A stretch of 64,000 nucleotides of DNA from Terriglobia bacterium (GTDB lineage: Bacteria; Acidobacteriota; Terriglobia; 20CM-2-55-15). The notes under the pieces are model-generated. The model had not been told where the DNA came from. It worked only from the letters and a program-made list of their open reading frames with translations, and did not search any database. The stretch lies in assembly GCA_963664115.2 (NCBI GenBank), contig CAXWPJ010000002.1, positions 1,037,191 to 1,101,190 on the forward strand, given 5' to 3'. Each line of letters starts with the position of its first letter. Positions within the stretch are counted from its first letter, which is position 1. Below are positions 29,711-39,627 of this stretch, piece after piece. A program made the translations under genes and the position numbers.

Positions 29711-30582
29711 TGACATCCGGATCCAACAGAACCGTTTGGCTGGTGCTCTGTGCCGTGCTATTCGGGCACACCCTGATGGTCACTCTACCGGCTGGCGGTG
29801 GAAGTGAGACCGGCATCGTGCGCACGGTGATTCTGGCGGGCCTGACTCCGATCGAAAAATTGTTCGACGTGACTTTTTATGGGGTCGGCTCGATCTGGAA
29901 TAACTATTTTGCCCTTCTGGACACGCGACGCGAGAACGAACGCCTGAAGGCTGAGCTTTCTCAGTTGGGAATGGAGATGGAACAAAATCGCGAGGCAGTC
30001 GGCGAGGCCGACCGTCTCCGGCGCTTGCTGGATCTGGATCCCCTCGTCGGTGCAGAGCGTGTCGCTGCACGTGTGATCGGACGGGATACGACGACTTCCC
30101 GACAAACGGTCACGATCGATAAAGGCAGGAGGCACGGCCTGCACAACAACTCCCCGGTGATAACGCCGGATGGCATCGTGGGGCGGATCATTCACGCTGG
30201 ACTTTTCGCATCGATCGTTCAAGTCGTGTCCGATCCGGAGAGCGCCGTGGGCGTTATCGCTCAATCGAGTCGGCTTCAAGGCATTGTCCGCGGAGACGGT
30301 ACGCGCTACCTGGAGTTGGAACATATCGACGACCACATCGAACTTTTGCCCGGCGAGCGGGTCATTACCTCGGGAACCGATCAGATTTACCCGAAAGGCC
30401 TCCTGGTCGGAATTGTTGCGGCCAACGGGCCGGACCGGGACCTGATGAAAACAGCCCGCGTGGATCCCGCTGCGGATATTAGCCGGCTCGAAGAGGTCTT
30501 GTGCCTGATTTTCGCTCCTGGAACGACCCAGCTGTTTGAAGAACTTGAAGAGGACGTGCGGACCGGTTCTCGAATTCCCTGA
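29710..30582 (+). CDS. mreC: Rod shape-determining protein MreC
   Basis: TM, coiled coil, ARVIGRD, IDKG, VITSG...YPKGL. Confidence 0.93.
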   Translation: MTSGSNRTVWLVLCAVLFGHTLMVTLPAGGGSETGIVRTVILAGLTPIEKLFDVTFYGVGSIWNNYFALLDTRRENERLKAELSQLGMEMEQNREAVGEADRLRRLLDLDPLVGAERVAARVIGRDTTTSRQTVTIDKGRRHGLHNNSPVITPDGIVGRIIHAGLFASIVQVVSDPESAVGVIAQSSRLQGIVRGDGTRYLELEHIDDHIELLPGERVITSGTDQIYPKGLLVGIVAANGPDRDLMKTARVDPAADISRLEEVLCLIFAPGTTQLFEELEEDVRTGSRIP

Positions 30583-30594
30583 CGGGTTCCATCA

Positions 30595-31113
30595 ATGGAT
30601 CACGCCATCAACCGCTACGGGACTTTTCGAACCCTCGCAAAATTTGCGCTTATCCTTGTTTCGATCGTGGTCGCTCAAGGTATACTGTCGCTGAAATTCC
30701 GGGTATTCAGCTATTTCGATTTGCCCCTAATCTACTCTGTCTATTATGGTTTCACCATGGCGCGGCCATCTGGATCCATTGCTATAGGCAGTGTGCTGGG
30801 TCTGATGCAGGACTCGTTGTCCGGCGCGGCCGTGGGGATGAACGGATTCACCAAGACCCTGATCGGCTTTCTGGCTGCTTCAGCAAGTTCGAAATTCGAT
30901 GTAGATCAACCGATCATACGTGTTCTGGCCCTGATTTTGTTCACGTTTCTCGACTTGGCGTTAAAGGGCATGCTGAGTTTTCTAGTGTCTCCAGGTGCGA
31001 CGGTGGTCGCGGGGCCTGCGCTGGGGTTTTGGGTCCTCTCCGCCGTATTTAACGCTTTGTTCGGTTTGATACTTTTTGGCTATCGGAGCCGATTCGTCAA
31101 TGTTGCAGCGTAA
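30595..31113 (+). CDS. mreD: Rod shape-determining protein MreD
   Basis: Hydrophobic; DLPL, GLMQDSLSG; operon position. Confidence 0.9.
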   Translation: MDHAINRYGTFRTLAKFALILVSIVVAQGILSLKFRVFSYFDLPLIYSVYYGFTMARPSGSIAIGSVLGLMQDSLSGAAVGMNGFTKTLIGFLAASASSKFDVDQPIIRVLALILFTFLDLALKGMLSFLVSPGATVVAGPALGFWVLSAVFNALFGLILFGYRSRFVNVAA

Positions 31114-32956
31114 CGAACTTGAACTCCTGAACTCGAGAGTCACCATTATCCTTGGCTTGGTCTTGCTCGCCTTTGGCGTCCTGACGTTCGGCTTTTGGAA
31201 TCATCAGATCGCACGATCCCCATATTATCAACAACTGGCGGAGCGGAATCGCATCCGCGACATACCGCTCGCGGCGCCACGTGGTCGGATCTATGATCGA
31301 GAATACCGAATCATTGCCGACAGCCGTCCCTCCTTCAACCTGATTCTGACACGAGAGAACAGTGCGCGCAGCGTCGAAGAAACCATAGACTTGCTGGCGC
31401 CGGGAATTGAACTCAGCGCGGCAGAATTATTGAGCCGGATCGAGCCTTATCTGGACGAACCGGAATATGAACCGATACTGCTGGCCGAAGATCTGTCCGT
31501 GGATGAAACGGCCTTTGTCGAAGCGCGGAAGTACGAACTCTCGGAGATCAGTTTGGAGTTGAGCCCACGACGCAGGTACGAGCGGGGGGAAGTGGCGGCT
31601 CACTTGATCGGATATGTGGGAGAGATCACCCGGAGTCAGCTGGAGAGCGGAGAATTTGTCGAGATCGAATCCGGAGATGTAGTGGGTCAGTCCGGCCTGG
31701 AGCGGCAATACGATAGCTTGCTCCAGGGAGAGGATGGAATTCGCCGGGTGATCGTCAACACTTTCGGTCGCGAAATGGGGCTTCTAGGCGAAGTGCAGCC
31801 GATTCCGGGCAAGGATCTGGTAACGACATTAGACCTTGATTTGCAGCTTGCCGCTGAAGAGGCGCTGGGAGATCGAACGGGCGTTGCCGTTGCTATCATT
31901 CCAAAGACGGGGGAAGTTCTTGCTTTGGTCAGTCGACCTGCGTTCGATCCCTCGCTGTTCGCTCAAGGGATTCGCCAGCACGAGTGGGACATGCTTCTGT
32001 CAGATCCCCGAAAGCCTCTTCAGAACAGGGCTATCCAGAACAGGTACTCACCAGGTTCGGTCTTCAAGATCTTCATGGCGGCAGCGGGGCTGGAGGAAGA
32101 GGAAATTGGTTTTGAGGAAACATTGTTTTGCCCCGGCCATGCTGTCTTCTACGGTAATCGATTCGACTGCTGGCGTGGAGGCGGTCATGGAGCCATGGAT
32201 GTGCGCCACGCCCTCGTCGAATCCTGCAACGTCTTTTTCTACAACGTGGGTGATCGCTTGGGGATCGAGCGTATTTCGCGATACGCCGTGATGATGGGCC
32301 TGGGCCGCAAGACCGGAATCGATTTGCCCGGAGAAGACGCAGGTTTAATTCCTTCGGAGAAATGGAAACAAAGCACTTCCAATACCCGCTGGTTTCCGGG
32401 CGAAACGATATCGGTCAGTATCGGCCAGGGCCCTGTGAGCGTGACACCGCTGCAGCTGACGTGGGCGATCGGTGGTCTGGTCGTGGGCGGAAAACTGGTC
32501 CAGCCACACCTGGCGGATCCGGAATTTGTGGCTCCGCTCGGCATTGAGACGTCGGGTCTCCGGACAGAAGAATACGCAATCGGTGAGGGGACCGTGGACA
32601 CTATAAGAGAAGCTCTTTGGGGCGCCGTCAACGACCGCGGCACCGGAACCAGAGCCCGGGTCAGAGGCTTCGAGGTTGGCGGGAAGACAGGCACAGCACA
32701 GGTGGTGGCCAAGGATGTGGATCCAAGTCGGCCGGATCTGCAAGATCACGCTTGGTTCGTCGGGTTTGCCCCTTACGACGATCCGGAGATTGTGGTGGGT
32801 GTATTCGTCGAGAACGGTGGAGGCGGTGGGGCAGCCGCGGCGCCGGTCTCGCAGGCCGTCATGCAGGTCTATTTCGATAAGAAAGGTGGGCTCTTTACTC
32901 AAGGCGACGTCAACGACATAGCCGGGCTTAATACTGAAACCTCGATTGCTCGATGA
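31100..32956 (+). CDS. mrdA: Penicillin-binding protein 2
   Basis: APRGRIYDR, PGSVFK (SxxK), SCN, KTGTAQ. Confidence 0.96.
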   Translation: MLQRNELELLNSRVTIILGLVLLAFGVLTFGFWNHQIARSPYYQQLAERNRIRDIPLAAPRGRIYDREYRIIADSRPSFNLILTRENSARSVEETIDLLAPGIELSAAELLSRIEPYLDEPEYEPILLAEDLSVDETAFVEARKYELSEISLELSPRRRYERGEVAAHLIGYVGEITRSQLESGEFVEIESGDVVGQSGLERQYDSLLQGEDGIRRVIVNTFGREMGLLGEVQPIPGKDLVTTLDLDLQLAAEEALGDRTGVAVAIIPKTGEVLALVSRPAFDPSLFAQGIRQHEWDMLLSDPRKPLQNRAIQNRYSPGSVFKIFMAAAGLEEEEIGFEETLFCPGHAVFYGNRFDCWRGGGHGAMDVRHALVESCNVFFYNVGDRLGIERISRYAVMMGLGRKTGIDLPGEDAGLIPSEKWKQSTSNTRWFPGETISVSIGQGPVSVTPLQLTWAIGGLVVGGKLVQPHLADPEFVAPLGIETSGLRTEEYAIGEGTVDTIREALWGAVNDRGTGTRARVRGFEVGGKTGTAQVVAKDVDPSRPDLQDHAWFVGFAPYDDPEIVVGVFVENGGGGGAAAAPVSQAVMQVYFDKKGGLFTQGDVNDIAGLNTETSIAR

Positions 32957-34053
32957 TAGATGCCCTCACAAGCAGGCGGTTCTGGCAGGATTTTGACTGG
33001 TTCTTACTGTCGGTGGCCATTGCGCTGGGGACGATCGGTCTGATCGAGATATACAGTTCCACTCTGAATATGGATTCTGCGAGTTTCTTCCTGCGCCAAC
33101 TGGTCTGGTTGGTCGCCGGCGTAGGAGTTTGCTTTGTTGTGGCCTCCGTCGACTACCACATTCTTGCCGAGCACATAGTCTTGATTTACGTGGGTGCCAT
33201 GTGCCTGCTGGTTGGTGTTCTCTTGTTTGGAAGCACGGTCGCGGGATCGCGAAGTTGGTTCGGTATCGGATCGTTCGGCTTGCAACCTTCAGAATTGGCG
33301 AAGTTGGTGGTTATCGTTGCGCTGGCGCGATTTCTTTCGGAAATCCAAAAAAGGTACTTAACGCTGCCCCAGATTCTTGGCGCCTGCGCGATTTGCGGTG
33401 CCCCTGTGCTGCTGGTGGTTGCCCAGCCCGATCTGGGAACGGCTTTAACGTTCGTGCCGATTCTGGCCTTCGGCCTTTTCGTGCGTGGCGTGCGTCCCGC
33501 CGCCTTGATCTCCGGTGTCCTGATAGTAATTTTTCTTCTACCCGTGACCTGGGCAGCTCTGGAGGACTACCAGAAAGATAGGATTCTTACTTTTGTGCAA
33601 CCTGAAAGCGATCCCCTGGGAAGCGGATATCAGGTAATTCAGTCAAAGATCGCCATTGGTGCGGGTGGTCTCTGGGGGACCGGACTTTTCCAGGGCAGCC
33701 AGAACCAGTTGGGGTTTCTGCCGACGCGGCACACTGATTTCATTTTCTCTGTCGTAGCCGAGGAAATGGGATTCGTAGGCGTGTGCGTCACGCTTGCGCT
33801 CCTGTTGGCTTTGGTGTTTAGAACGCTTTCGTTGACGCTTTTGCCTGGAGATACCCTGGGCTTGTTTATCGTCCTGGGTGTCGGGGGTATGTTCGTATTT
33901 CACATCTTGGTGAACGTTGGCATGGTGATCGGATTCATGCCCATCACCGGCATTCCGTTGCCGTTTTTGAGCTATGGAGGTTCGTCTGTTCTGACGGCCT
34001 TCATCGGACTCGGACTGATCGTTAGCGTGCGGCGCTGCCGTTACGTTAATTAA
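32953..34053 (+). CDS. rodA: Rod shape-determining protein RodA (SEDS)
   Basis: QPSELAK, QPDLGT, GYQVIQSKIAIG, HTDFIFS, TGIPLPFLSYGGSS. Confidence 0.96.
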   Translation: MIDALTSRRFWQDFDWFLLSVAIALGTIGLIEIYSSTLNMDSASFFLRQLVWLVAGVGVCFVVASVDYHILAEHIVLIYVGAMCLLVGVLLFGSTVAGSRSWFGIGSFGLQPSELAKLVVIVALARFLSEIQKRYLTLPQILGACAICGAPVLLVVAQPDLGTALTFVPILAFGLFVRGVRPAALISGVLIVIFLLPVTWAALEDYQKDRILTFVQPESDPLGSGYQVIQSKIAIGAGGLWGTGLFQGSQNQLGFLPTRHTDFIFSVVAEEMGFVGVCVTLALLLALVFRTLSLTLLPGDTLGLFIVLGVGGMFVFHILVNVGMVIGFMPITGIPLPFLSYGGSSVLTAFIGLGLIVSVRRCRYVN

Positions 34054-34820
34054 ATGCTGGATCGTGCTATAGTCTCGCTGGGAAAGAGGGTCGGTCTGAT
34101 CGGGTGCCGTCTGACTCCAACTGCTTGTTTAATAAATGTTTAGCGAGCGGCATCGGTCAAAGCCCTTCGAATATATTAGTGACCGGTGTTCGGGAGATCT
34201 GATAACTTCCTAAAGAACTAAATAAGACGTTAAGTAGACCGGAGTCTGAATCTCCGGAGTAGACAAACGTGGATTCGGTGCCAGCTTTCTCCGAAGTGGA
34301 GATGTTTCGGAGGGGCGTTCGATACCACAGCCGAAAAAATGTTTGATGTTGTGGGCGTGTCCTTTTGAAAGACACGCTTCCCGGTCGAGGTGATCCTGAG
34401 GTCTTGGATAGATCTTTCGTCATCCGGCCTAAGTTATATACAAAAGTTTTTGCCCGTGACGTTACGGCGTATGAGTTGAGCTGTGACTCGCGTTGTTTGA
34501 TCGGTGATGTTTCGAACAGAGAGAGCCTCCGACAGCGTGCCCCGCACGCGGCGGACGTTTGTGAGACGCAATTGTTTCGCGACTGGCTGAAGGGTTGGCA
34601 ACGGGGTTGACCCCTGCGCTTTGCGAAAATCGGCAGCGTTGCTTCCGAATGCTTTGAAATCTCTTCTGGCCTCTCTGACTGAATCGACATTTTGTGGATC
34701 TGAATGACCGGGTTAGCTCCTCCGGGCCAGGAGTTTCCATGACACTTTCAACGTGCGCGCTCGCGCATCCGCGTCGAGGAATACCCCTGTGTGCCGATAA
34801 CGATGGGCGTAGGAGTATTG
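34054..34820 (+). promoter_or_regulatory. Long (about 770 nt) structured leader/intergenic region upstream of RNase E/G
   Basis: No credible ORF; serial stems at 34239-34257, 34289-34312, 34355-34377 and 34535-34549. Confidence 0.5.
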
Positions 34821-37067
34821 ATGCGGAAAGAACTGATCATTTCCACAATTCCACAAGAAACGAGAGTCGCAGTTCTTGAAGATGACGAAGTTGTCGAATT
34901 CCTGATCGAGCGCCATCGGGCGCAGGGTATCGCGGGAAATATATATAAAGGGCGTGTTACGAAGGTCCTTCCCGGGATGCAGTCGGCTTTTGTCGACATC
35001 GGCCTCGAACGCGACGCCTTCCTCTACGTTTCGGACTTTCTCGAAGACATGGACGAGTACGACCGGATCGTCTCGACCGCCGAAGATGAGGCGTTTAAAG
35101 CGGGCGACTCATCCCGTCGGGCGAGTTCGAGCCGGACGAGCCGGGCGGGCCGCGCGGCCAAGACCGAAAAGCCGAAAGAGCGACCCAAAGAAAGACCCGG
35201 TAAGGCAGACCCCGGTGCAGAGGTTTCTCCAGGCAATGAGGCCAGAGACAGGGCGTCTTCCAGTGTCGAGTCCCCGGCGAAAGAAGCGGGGGACGGAATT
35301 TCTGAGACGATAGGTCCTGAGGCGAAAAAAACTGAGGCTGAAAATTCTGAGACGAAAAGACCTGAGCCCCGCAGATCTGAAACAAGAAGCTCTGATCGAG
35401 GGAGTTCGAGAAGGCGTCCTGAGAGGCGCGACCGGAAGCCGCGCATGCCGTCGTACGAATCCAGATCCGATGAAAGTGGTCCCGGGACCTTGAGTCTTTT
35501 GCCCGGCGAATCGCTGGCCAAGTACAAGGGGAAGTCTGTCCCCTCAAAGGCTGAGGACAGCGAAGCGATCGAGTCCGATGTACCCGAGTCCACACCGCAA
35601 TCCAACGACGCTGCTGTTCCCAATGGCAATCAAGGGGTGAGGGAAGCCGGTTTGGAGCAGAGCCCCGGGGACGAATCCACCGTGGACGCAGATGCCCCGG
35701 ACGGAAATATACAGAGTGAAGACACAGAGCAGGGAGAGAAGCGGCAGGCCCGAATATCCGACCGCCCTAAGAAGGGACAGTTTTCCAGGAAGCCGCCGGT
35801 CCGACGACCGAGAAGGCGCACTCCGGAAAAGTCGGAAAGCGGCCGTACGGATTCTTCATCAAAGTTGCCTACTATTTCCGATTTGTTGAAAGAGGGACAG
35901 GAGATCCTGGTCCAGGTTTCAAAGGAGCCACTTGGGAAGAAAGGGGCTAGGATCACCTCGCATGTTGCCTTGCCAGGCCGCTATGTCGTCTATATGCCGA
36001 CGGTAGATCACATCGGGGTTTCCAGAAAGATATCTTCCGAGGACGAGCGCTCGCGTTTGAGAAAGCTTATCGCCGAGAATCGAAACGGACTGCCGGGTGG
36101 CTTTATAGTTCGCACGGCAGCCGAGGGGCGGGACGAGAAGGAATTCGTTCAGGATTTGCGCTTTCTGGCAAATTTATGGAGTGAGATTCGCGAGAAGAGT
36201 GACTCTTCCAGTGCCCCCGCTCTGATCCATAGCGATTTGAACCTTGTTCATCGTGTCCTGAGGGATCAGCTTTCCGACGAATTCAAAGCCATCCGTTTGG
36301 ATACCGAGGCAGAGTACACGAAAGTACTGGAATTCGTGAGCCGCTTCCAGCCGTCGCTTGTGACTCGAGTGCGCTTGCACCTGAAGGACAACGCAATCTT
36401 CGAAGAGTATGGCGTACAGCAGGAAGTCGATAAAGCGATGCGAGCGAAAGTTTGGCTTAAATCGGGTGGCTACATCGTGGTCAACCAGACGGAGGCCTTG
36501 GTTGCGATCGACGTTAATACCGGGAAGTTCGTCGGGAAGTCCAACCGCCTCGAGGACACCATCGTCCGTACCAACATGGATGCTGTACATGAGATTGTGC
36601 GACAGGTGCGTTTACGGAATCTGGGAGGAATCATTGTTGTCGATTTCATCGACATGGAAGAGCGAAAGAGCCGTCAGCGGGTGATGCAAGCCCTCGAAGA
36701 AGAATTGCAAAAGGATAGATCTCCGTCGAAGATTCTTCAGTTTAATGATTTCGGATTGGTTGCCATCACCAGAAAGAGAACTCAACCGTCACTGGAAAGG
36801 ATCATGGGAACTTCTTGCCCGCGCTGTTCCGGTGCAGGCTTTGTCAAAGGCGTCGAAACCGTGTGTTACGAAATTCAGCAAGAAGTGAGGAAGATGCTCG
36901 GTCAGGCCGAGGGCGACGAATTGACGGTTCGCGTGAGCCCGGACATCGCGAAAGCTCTGAAGAGCGGAGAATTTGTGGATTTCACAGAGCTGGAAGAAGA
37001 GAGCAAGAAGGACATTCGAATCCAGGGAGATCCGACCCTTGTTTCGGAGCGTTTTGATATCTACTGA
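34821..37067 (+). CDS. rne: Rne/Rng family ribonuclease with large disordered insert in the S1 domain
   Basis: GNIYKGRVTKVLPGMQSAFVDIG, KEGQEILVQVSKEPLGKKGARIT, AIDVNTG, GGIIVVDFIDM, CPRCSG; RBS AGGAG at 34811. Confidence 0.94.
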   Translation: MRKELIISTIPQETRVAVLEDDEVVEFLIERHRAQGIAGNIYKGRVTKVLPGMQSAFVDIGLERDAFLYVSDFLEDMDEYDRIVSTAEDEAFKAGDSSRRASSSRTSRAGRAAKTEKPKERPKERPGKADPGAEVSPGNEARDRASSSVESPAKEAGDGISETIGPEAKKTEAENSETKRPEPRRSETRSSDRGSSRRRPERRDRKPRMPSYESRSDESGPGTLSLLPGESLAKYKGKSVPSKAEDSEAIESDVPESTPQSNDAAVPNGNQGVREAGLEQSPGDESTVDADAPDGNIQSEDTEQGEKRQARISDRPKKGQFSRKPPVRRPRRRTPEKSESGRTDSSSKLPTISDLLKEGQEILVQVSKEPLGKKGARITSHVALPGRYVVYMPTVDHIGVSRKISSEDERSRLRKLIAENRNGLPGGFIVRTAAEGRDEKEFVQDLRFLANLWSEIREKSDSSSAPALIHSDLNLVHRVLRDQLSDEFKAIRLDTEAEYTKVLEFVSRFQPSLVTRVRLHLKDNAIFEEYGVQQEVDKAMRAKVWLKSGGYIVVNQTEALVAIDVNTGKFVGKSNRLEDTIVRTNMDAVHEIVRQVRLRNLGGIIVVDFIDMEERKSRQRVMQALEEELQKDRSPSKILQFNDFGLVAITRKRTQPSLERIMGTSCPRCSGAGFVKGVETVCYEIQQEVRKMLGQAEGDELTVRVSPDIAKALKSGEFVDFTELEEESKKDIRIQGDPTLVSERFDIY

Positions 37068-37168
37068 TGGTAATAGCTGCACTTGCCCGGGAGAGTGCGT
37101 GACTCTTTAAGGAAAGAAATTCTTAGATCTCACACTGCGGCAGGGAGGGATGCAGGCTGGTGCCCACC

Positions 37169-37327
37169 CTAACGGTAGTAGCGGTTAAATACCTTCAGAA
37201 GTTCTTCAACGTCCTGCTCCCCTCGCATGGCGGGGTTTGAGGCTGCATCTTTAAGCCGTTTCTGAACGTGATCGGTGACCATCACGTCGGCCACCTTCTT
37301 CCAGGAACGTACGTTACAGTCAGTCAC
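37169..37327 (-). pseudogene. Probable C-terminal remnant of a CsoR/RcnR-family metal-sensing repressor
   Basis: Manual translation (below ORF-track cutoff): VRSWKKVADVMVTDHVQKRLKDAASNPAMRGEQDVEELLKVFNRYYR*; in-frame stop upstream, N-terminal half absent. Confidence 0.4.
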
Positions 37328-37504
37328 GCACGGTCACTACTCAGATGACCTGAGTCCTTAGACGGGATCATCCTGGGGTTGTCAGCCGGATCGTTAATCC
37401 CATCGCGGGACTCAATATCCGACTTGCCGTTGAGAGTTTAAACGGCCATAGTGGCAGCAGTCGTCCCGCGTTTTTCCCGAATAGACGCTGTATACTGATG
37501 GCTC

Positions 37505-38377
37505 ATGGGACGGCATCCAGATTGGTTGAAGGTTCGTATTCCGAGCGGGGAAGAGTACTTCGAGGTTCGTGACGTTCTTCGCGTCCATCGCTTGAACACT
37601 GTGTGTGAAGACGCCCGCTGTCCCAATATAGCCGAGTGCTGGGGACAGCACCGAACGGCCACCTTCATGATCCTCGGGGATATCTGTACCCGTGCCTGTG
37701 CATACTGTGCGGTGCAGTCCGGTCAACCGGTCGGGTTGGACGAATCGGAACCCGCGCGGGTTGCTGCCGCGGTTAAGGACCTCCGGCTTAAACATGCGGT
37801 AATCACGTCGGTGGACCGTGACGATCTCGATGACGGCGGTGCTCGGATGTTTGCCGAGACCGTCCATGCCATTCGCCGTCTTGATCCGATGGTGAAAATT
37901 GAATTGCTGACTCCGGATTTTGCGGGTTCTCTCGAGGCTCTTGAGATTGTGATGAATTCCGGCCCCGATATTTTTTCTCACAATATCGAAACGGTCGAAC
38001 GTCTCTACCCTAAAGTTCGTTTCAAGTCGGATTATCGCCGGTCGTTGGGACTGTTGGCCGACGCCCGCGGTTTGGGTAGCACCAGGTTTGTGAAGACCGG
38101 CATAATGGTGGGTCTCGGAGAACGGAAGGACGAAGTGGTTGACCTCATGACCGATGCCGTTCGGGTAGGTGTGGACATTTTGACAATCGGCCAATACTTG
38201 AGGCCGACGTCGAAACACGCGGAAATTCAAAACTATTACACGCCTGCCGAATTCGATGAGTTTCGAACAATCGGCCAGGATCTGGGTATCCGATGGGTGT
38301 TTTCAGGCCCCCTGGTGCGAAGTTCTTATCATGCCGAGGACGTATTTGCCGACATGATTGCTTCGACCGCGAGCTAA
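37505..38377 (+). CDS. lipA: Lipoyl synthase
   Basis: CEDARCPNIAEC, CTRACAYC, GQYLRP, RSSY. Confidence 0.97.
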   Translation: MGRHPDWLKVRIPSGEEYFEVRDVLRVHRLNTVCEDARCPNIAECWGQHRTATFMILGDICTRACAYCAVQSGQPVGLDESEPARVAAAVKDLRLKHAVITSVDRDDLDDGGARMFAETVHAIRRLDPMVKIELLTPDFAGSLEALEIVMNSGPDIFSHNIETVERLYPKVRFKSDYRRSLGLLADARGLGSTRFVKTGIMVGLGERKDEVVDLMTDAVRVGVDILTIGQYLRPTSKHAEIQNYYTPAEFDEFRTIGQDLGIRWVFSGPLVRSSYHAEDVFADMIASTAS

Positions 38378-38379
38378 TC

Positions 38380-38703
38380 ATGGGACTCCTATCAAAAATA
38401 TTTGGTGTTGATGCGGACTTTCTGGCCAGTCGGAGCCTGGATCCTCGCTCCGACGAGGGAGTGAGCTTCCCCGACGGTGCTGATTTCAGAACGAAAGTCG
38501 AGATCGTGCTGGATCAGGTGCGTCCGGGACTGCATGCAGATGGTGGTGATATTGAGCTCGTCGACATCATCGGGCATTCGATAAGAGTTAAACTGGTCGG
38601 TGCCTGCGAGGGATGTGCCAGTTCTTCAATTACACTGCGCCACGGAATTGAGAAGAAAATGCGCGACCGAATTCACGAATTTGAGGATTTAATTCCTTTC
38701 TAG
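38380..38703 (+). CDS. NifU C-terminal (Nfu) Fe-S carrier protein
   Basis: VRPGLHADGGDIEL...GACEGCASSSITLRHGIE (CxxC). Confidence 0.9.
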   Translation: MGLLSKIFGVDADFLASRSLDPRSDEGVSFPDGADFRTKVEIVLDQVRPGLHADGGDIELVDIIGHSIRVKLVGACEGCASSSITLRHGIEKKMRDRIHEFEDLIPF

Positions 38704-39027
38704 TGTTCTCGGCCCAAAATTCGTTGTTCAATCGTTCCGTCCTGATCCGGCCCGACTATCTTCTTAGTCCGACGCCTCGGCTACCACCTCTTTATTCTGA
38801 AAGCCGTCCACCTGTACCGCCGGACGGGTGCGGGTCGTTTTAGGGCCGAATTCGATGTTGTGTCAATCCCTACAGGCCTCGCCATCAGGATGATGGCGAG
38901 GGTCGCCGGTCGTTCGGACAGGAAGTCTGAATGAACGACCGAGCGAAATCTTGTGGCGAAAATTTCTAACTTGGGACGACAGTTCTTAAGAAGCGACGGG
39001 TGAGGAGCGGAACGGTGCTTGTTACTG

Positions 39028-39627
39028 CTAAAGTTCTCTTCTGCCTTCTAATGCCTTCGTCATCGTGACAGAGTCTGCATAGTCCAGGTCCCCGCCCACG
39101 GGAAGTCCCATCGCCAGTCGGGTCACACGAATTCCAAGCGGCTTGATCAGTTTGGATAAGTACAACGCCGTCGTCTCTCCCTCTACGTTCGGATTTGTCG
39201 CGATGATGATCTCCTCAACCGATCCCGACTGAAGACGCTCGATCAAAGATCGAACTGTCAGCTGGTCGGGTCCGATACCTTTCAATGGGGATATTGCGCC
39301 CATCAATACGTGATAGCGTCCGTTGAATTCGTGTGTGTTTTCGACCGAAAGAATGTTTTGGGATTCTTCGACGACACACAGGAGGTGATCTGTTCGATTG
39401 GGGTGCGTACAGAAACGACAGGGATCGATATCGGTGAGGTTGTTGCAGGTCGTGCAATGGCGGATCGAGTGCTTCATATCTACGATGGAGCTTGCCAGTT
39501 GCTCGGCTTCAGCATCTTCCATCTTGAGGATGTGGAAGGCCATTCGCTGAGCCGACTTGGTGCCGACACCCGGGAGTTTTCTGAAGTTTTCGATGAGCCG
39601 GGTGACCGGTTCTGCAAGATTACCCAT
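39028..39627 (-). CDS. recR: Recombination protein RecR
   Basis: LPGVGTKSAQR, C4 zinc finger, YHVLMG, EGETTA, GGDLDYAD. Confidence 0.97.
   Translation of the reverse strand: MGNLAEPVTRLIENFRKLPGVGTKSAQRMAFHILKMEDAEAEQLASSIVDMKHSIRHCTTCNNLTDIDPCRFCTHPNRTDHLLCVVEESQNILSVENTHEFNGRYHVLMGAISPLKGIGPDQLTVRSLIERLQSGSVEEIIIATNPNVEGETTALYLSKLIKPLGIRVTRLAMGLPVGGDLDYADSVTMTKALEGRREL

Noticed and set aside
34157-34690. 177-aa minus-strand ORF in the rne leader
   Set aside because: No recognisable motif or RBS, atypical composition, and it overlaps serial hairpins.
37138-37226. 6S RNA-like motif (gcccacc...agcggttaa)
   Set aside because: No complementary 5' strand to form the 6S rod; better explained as the antisense of a CsoR-like coding remnant.
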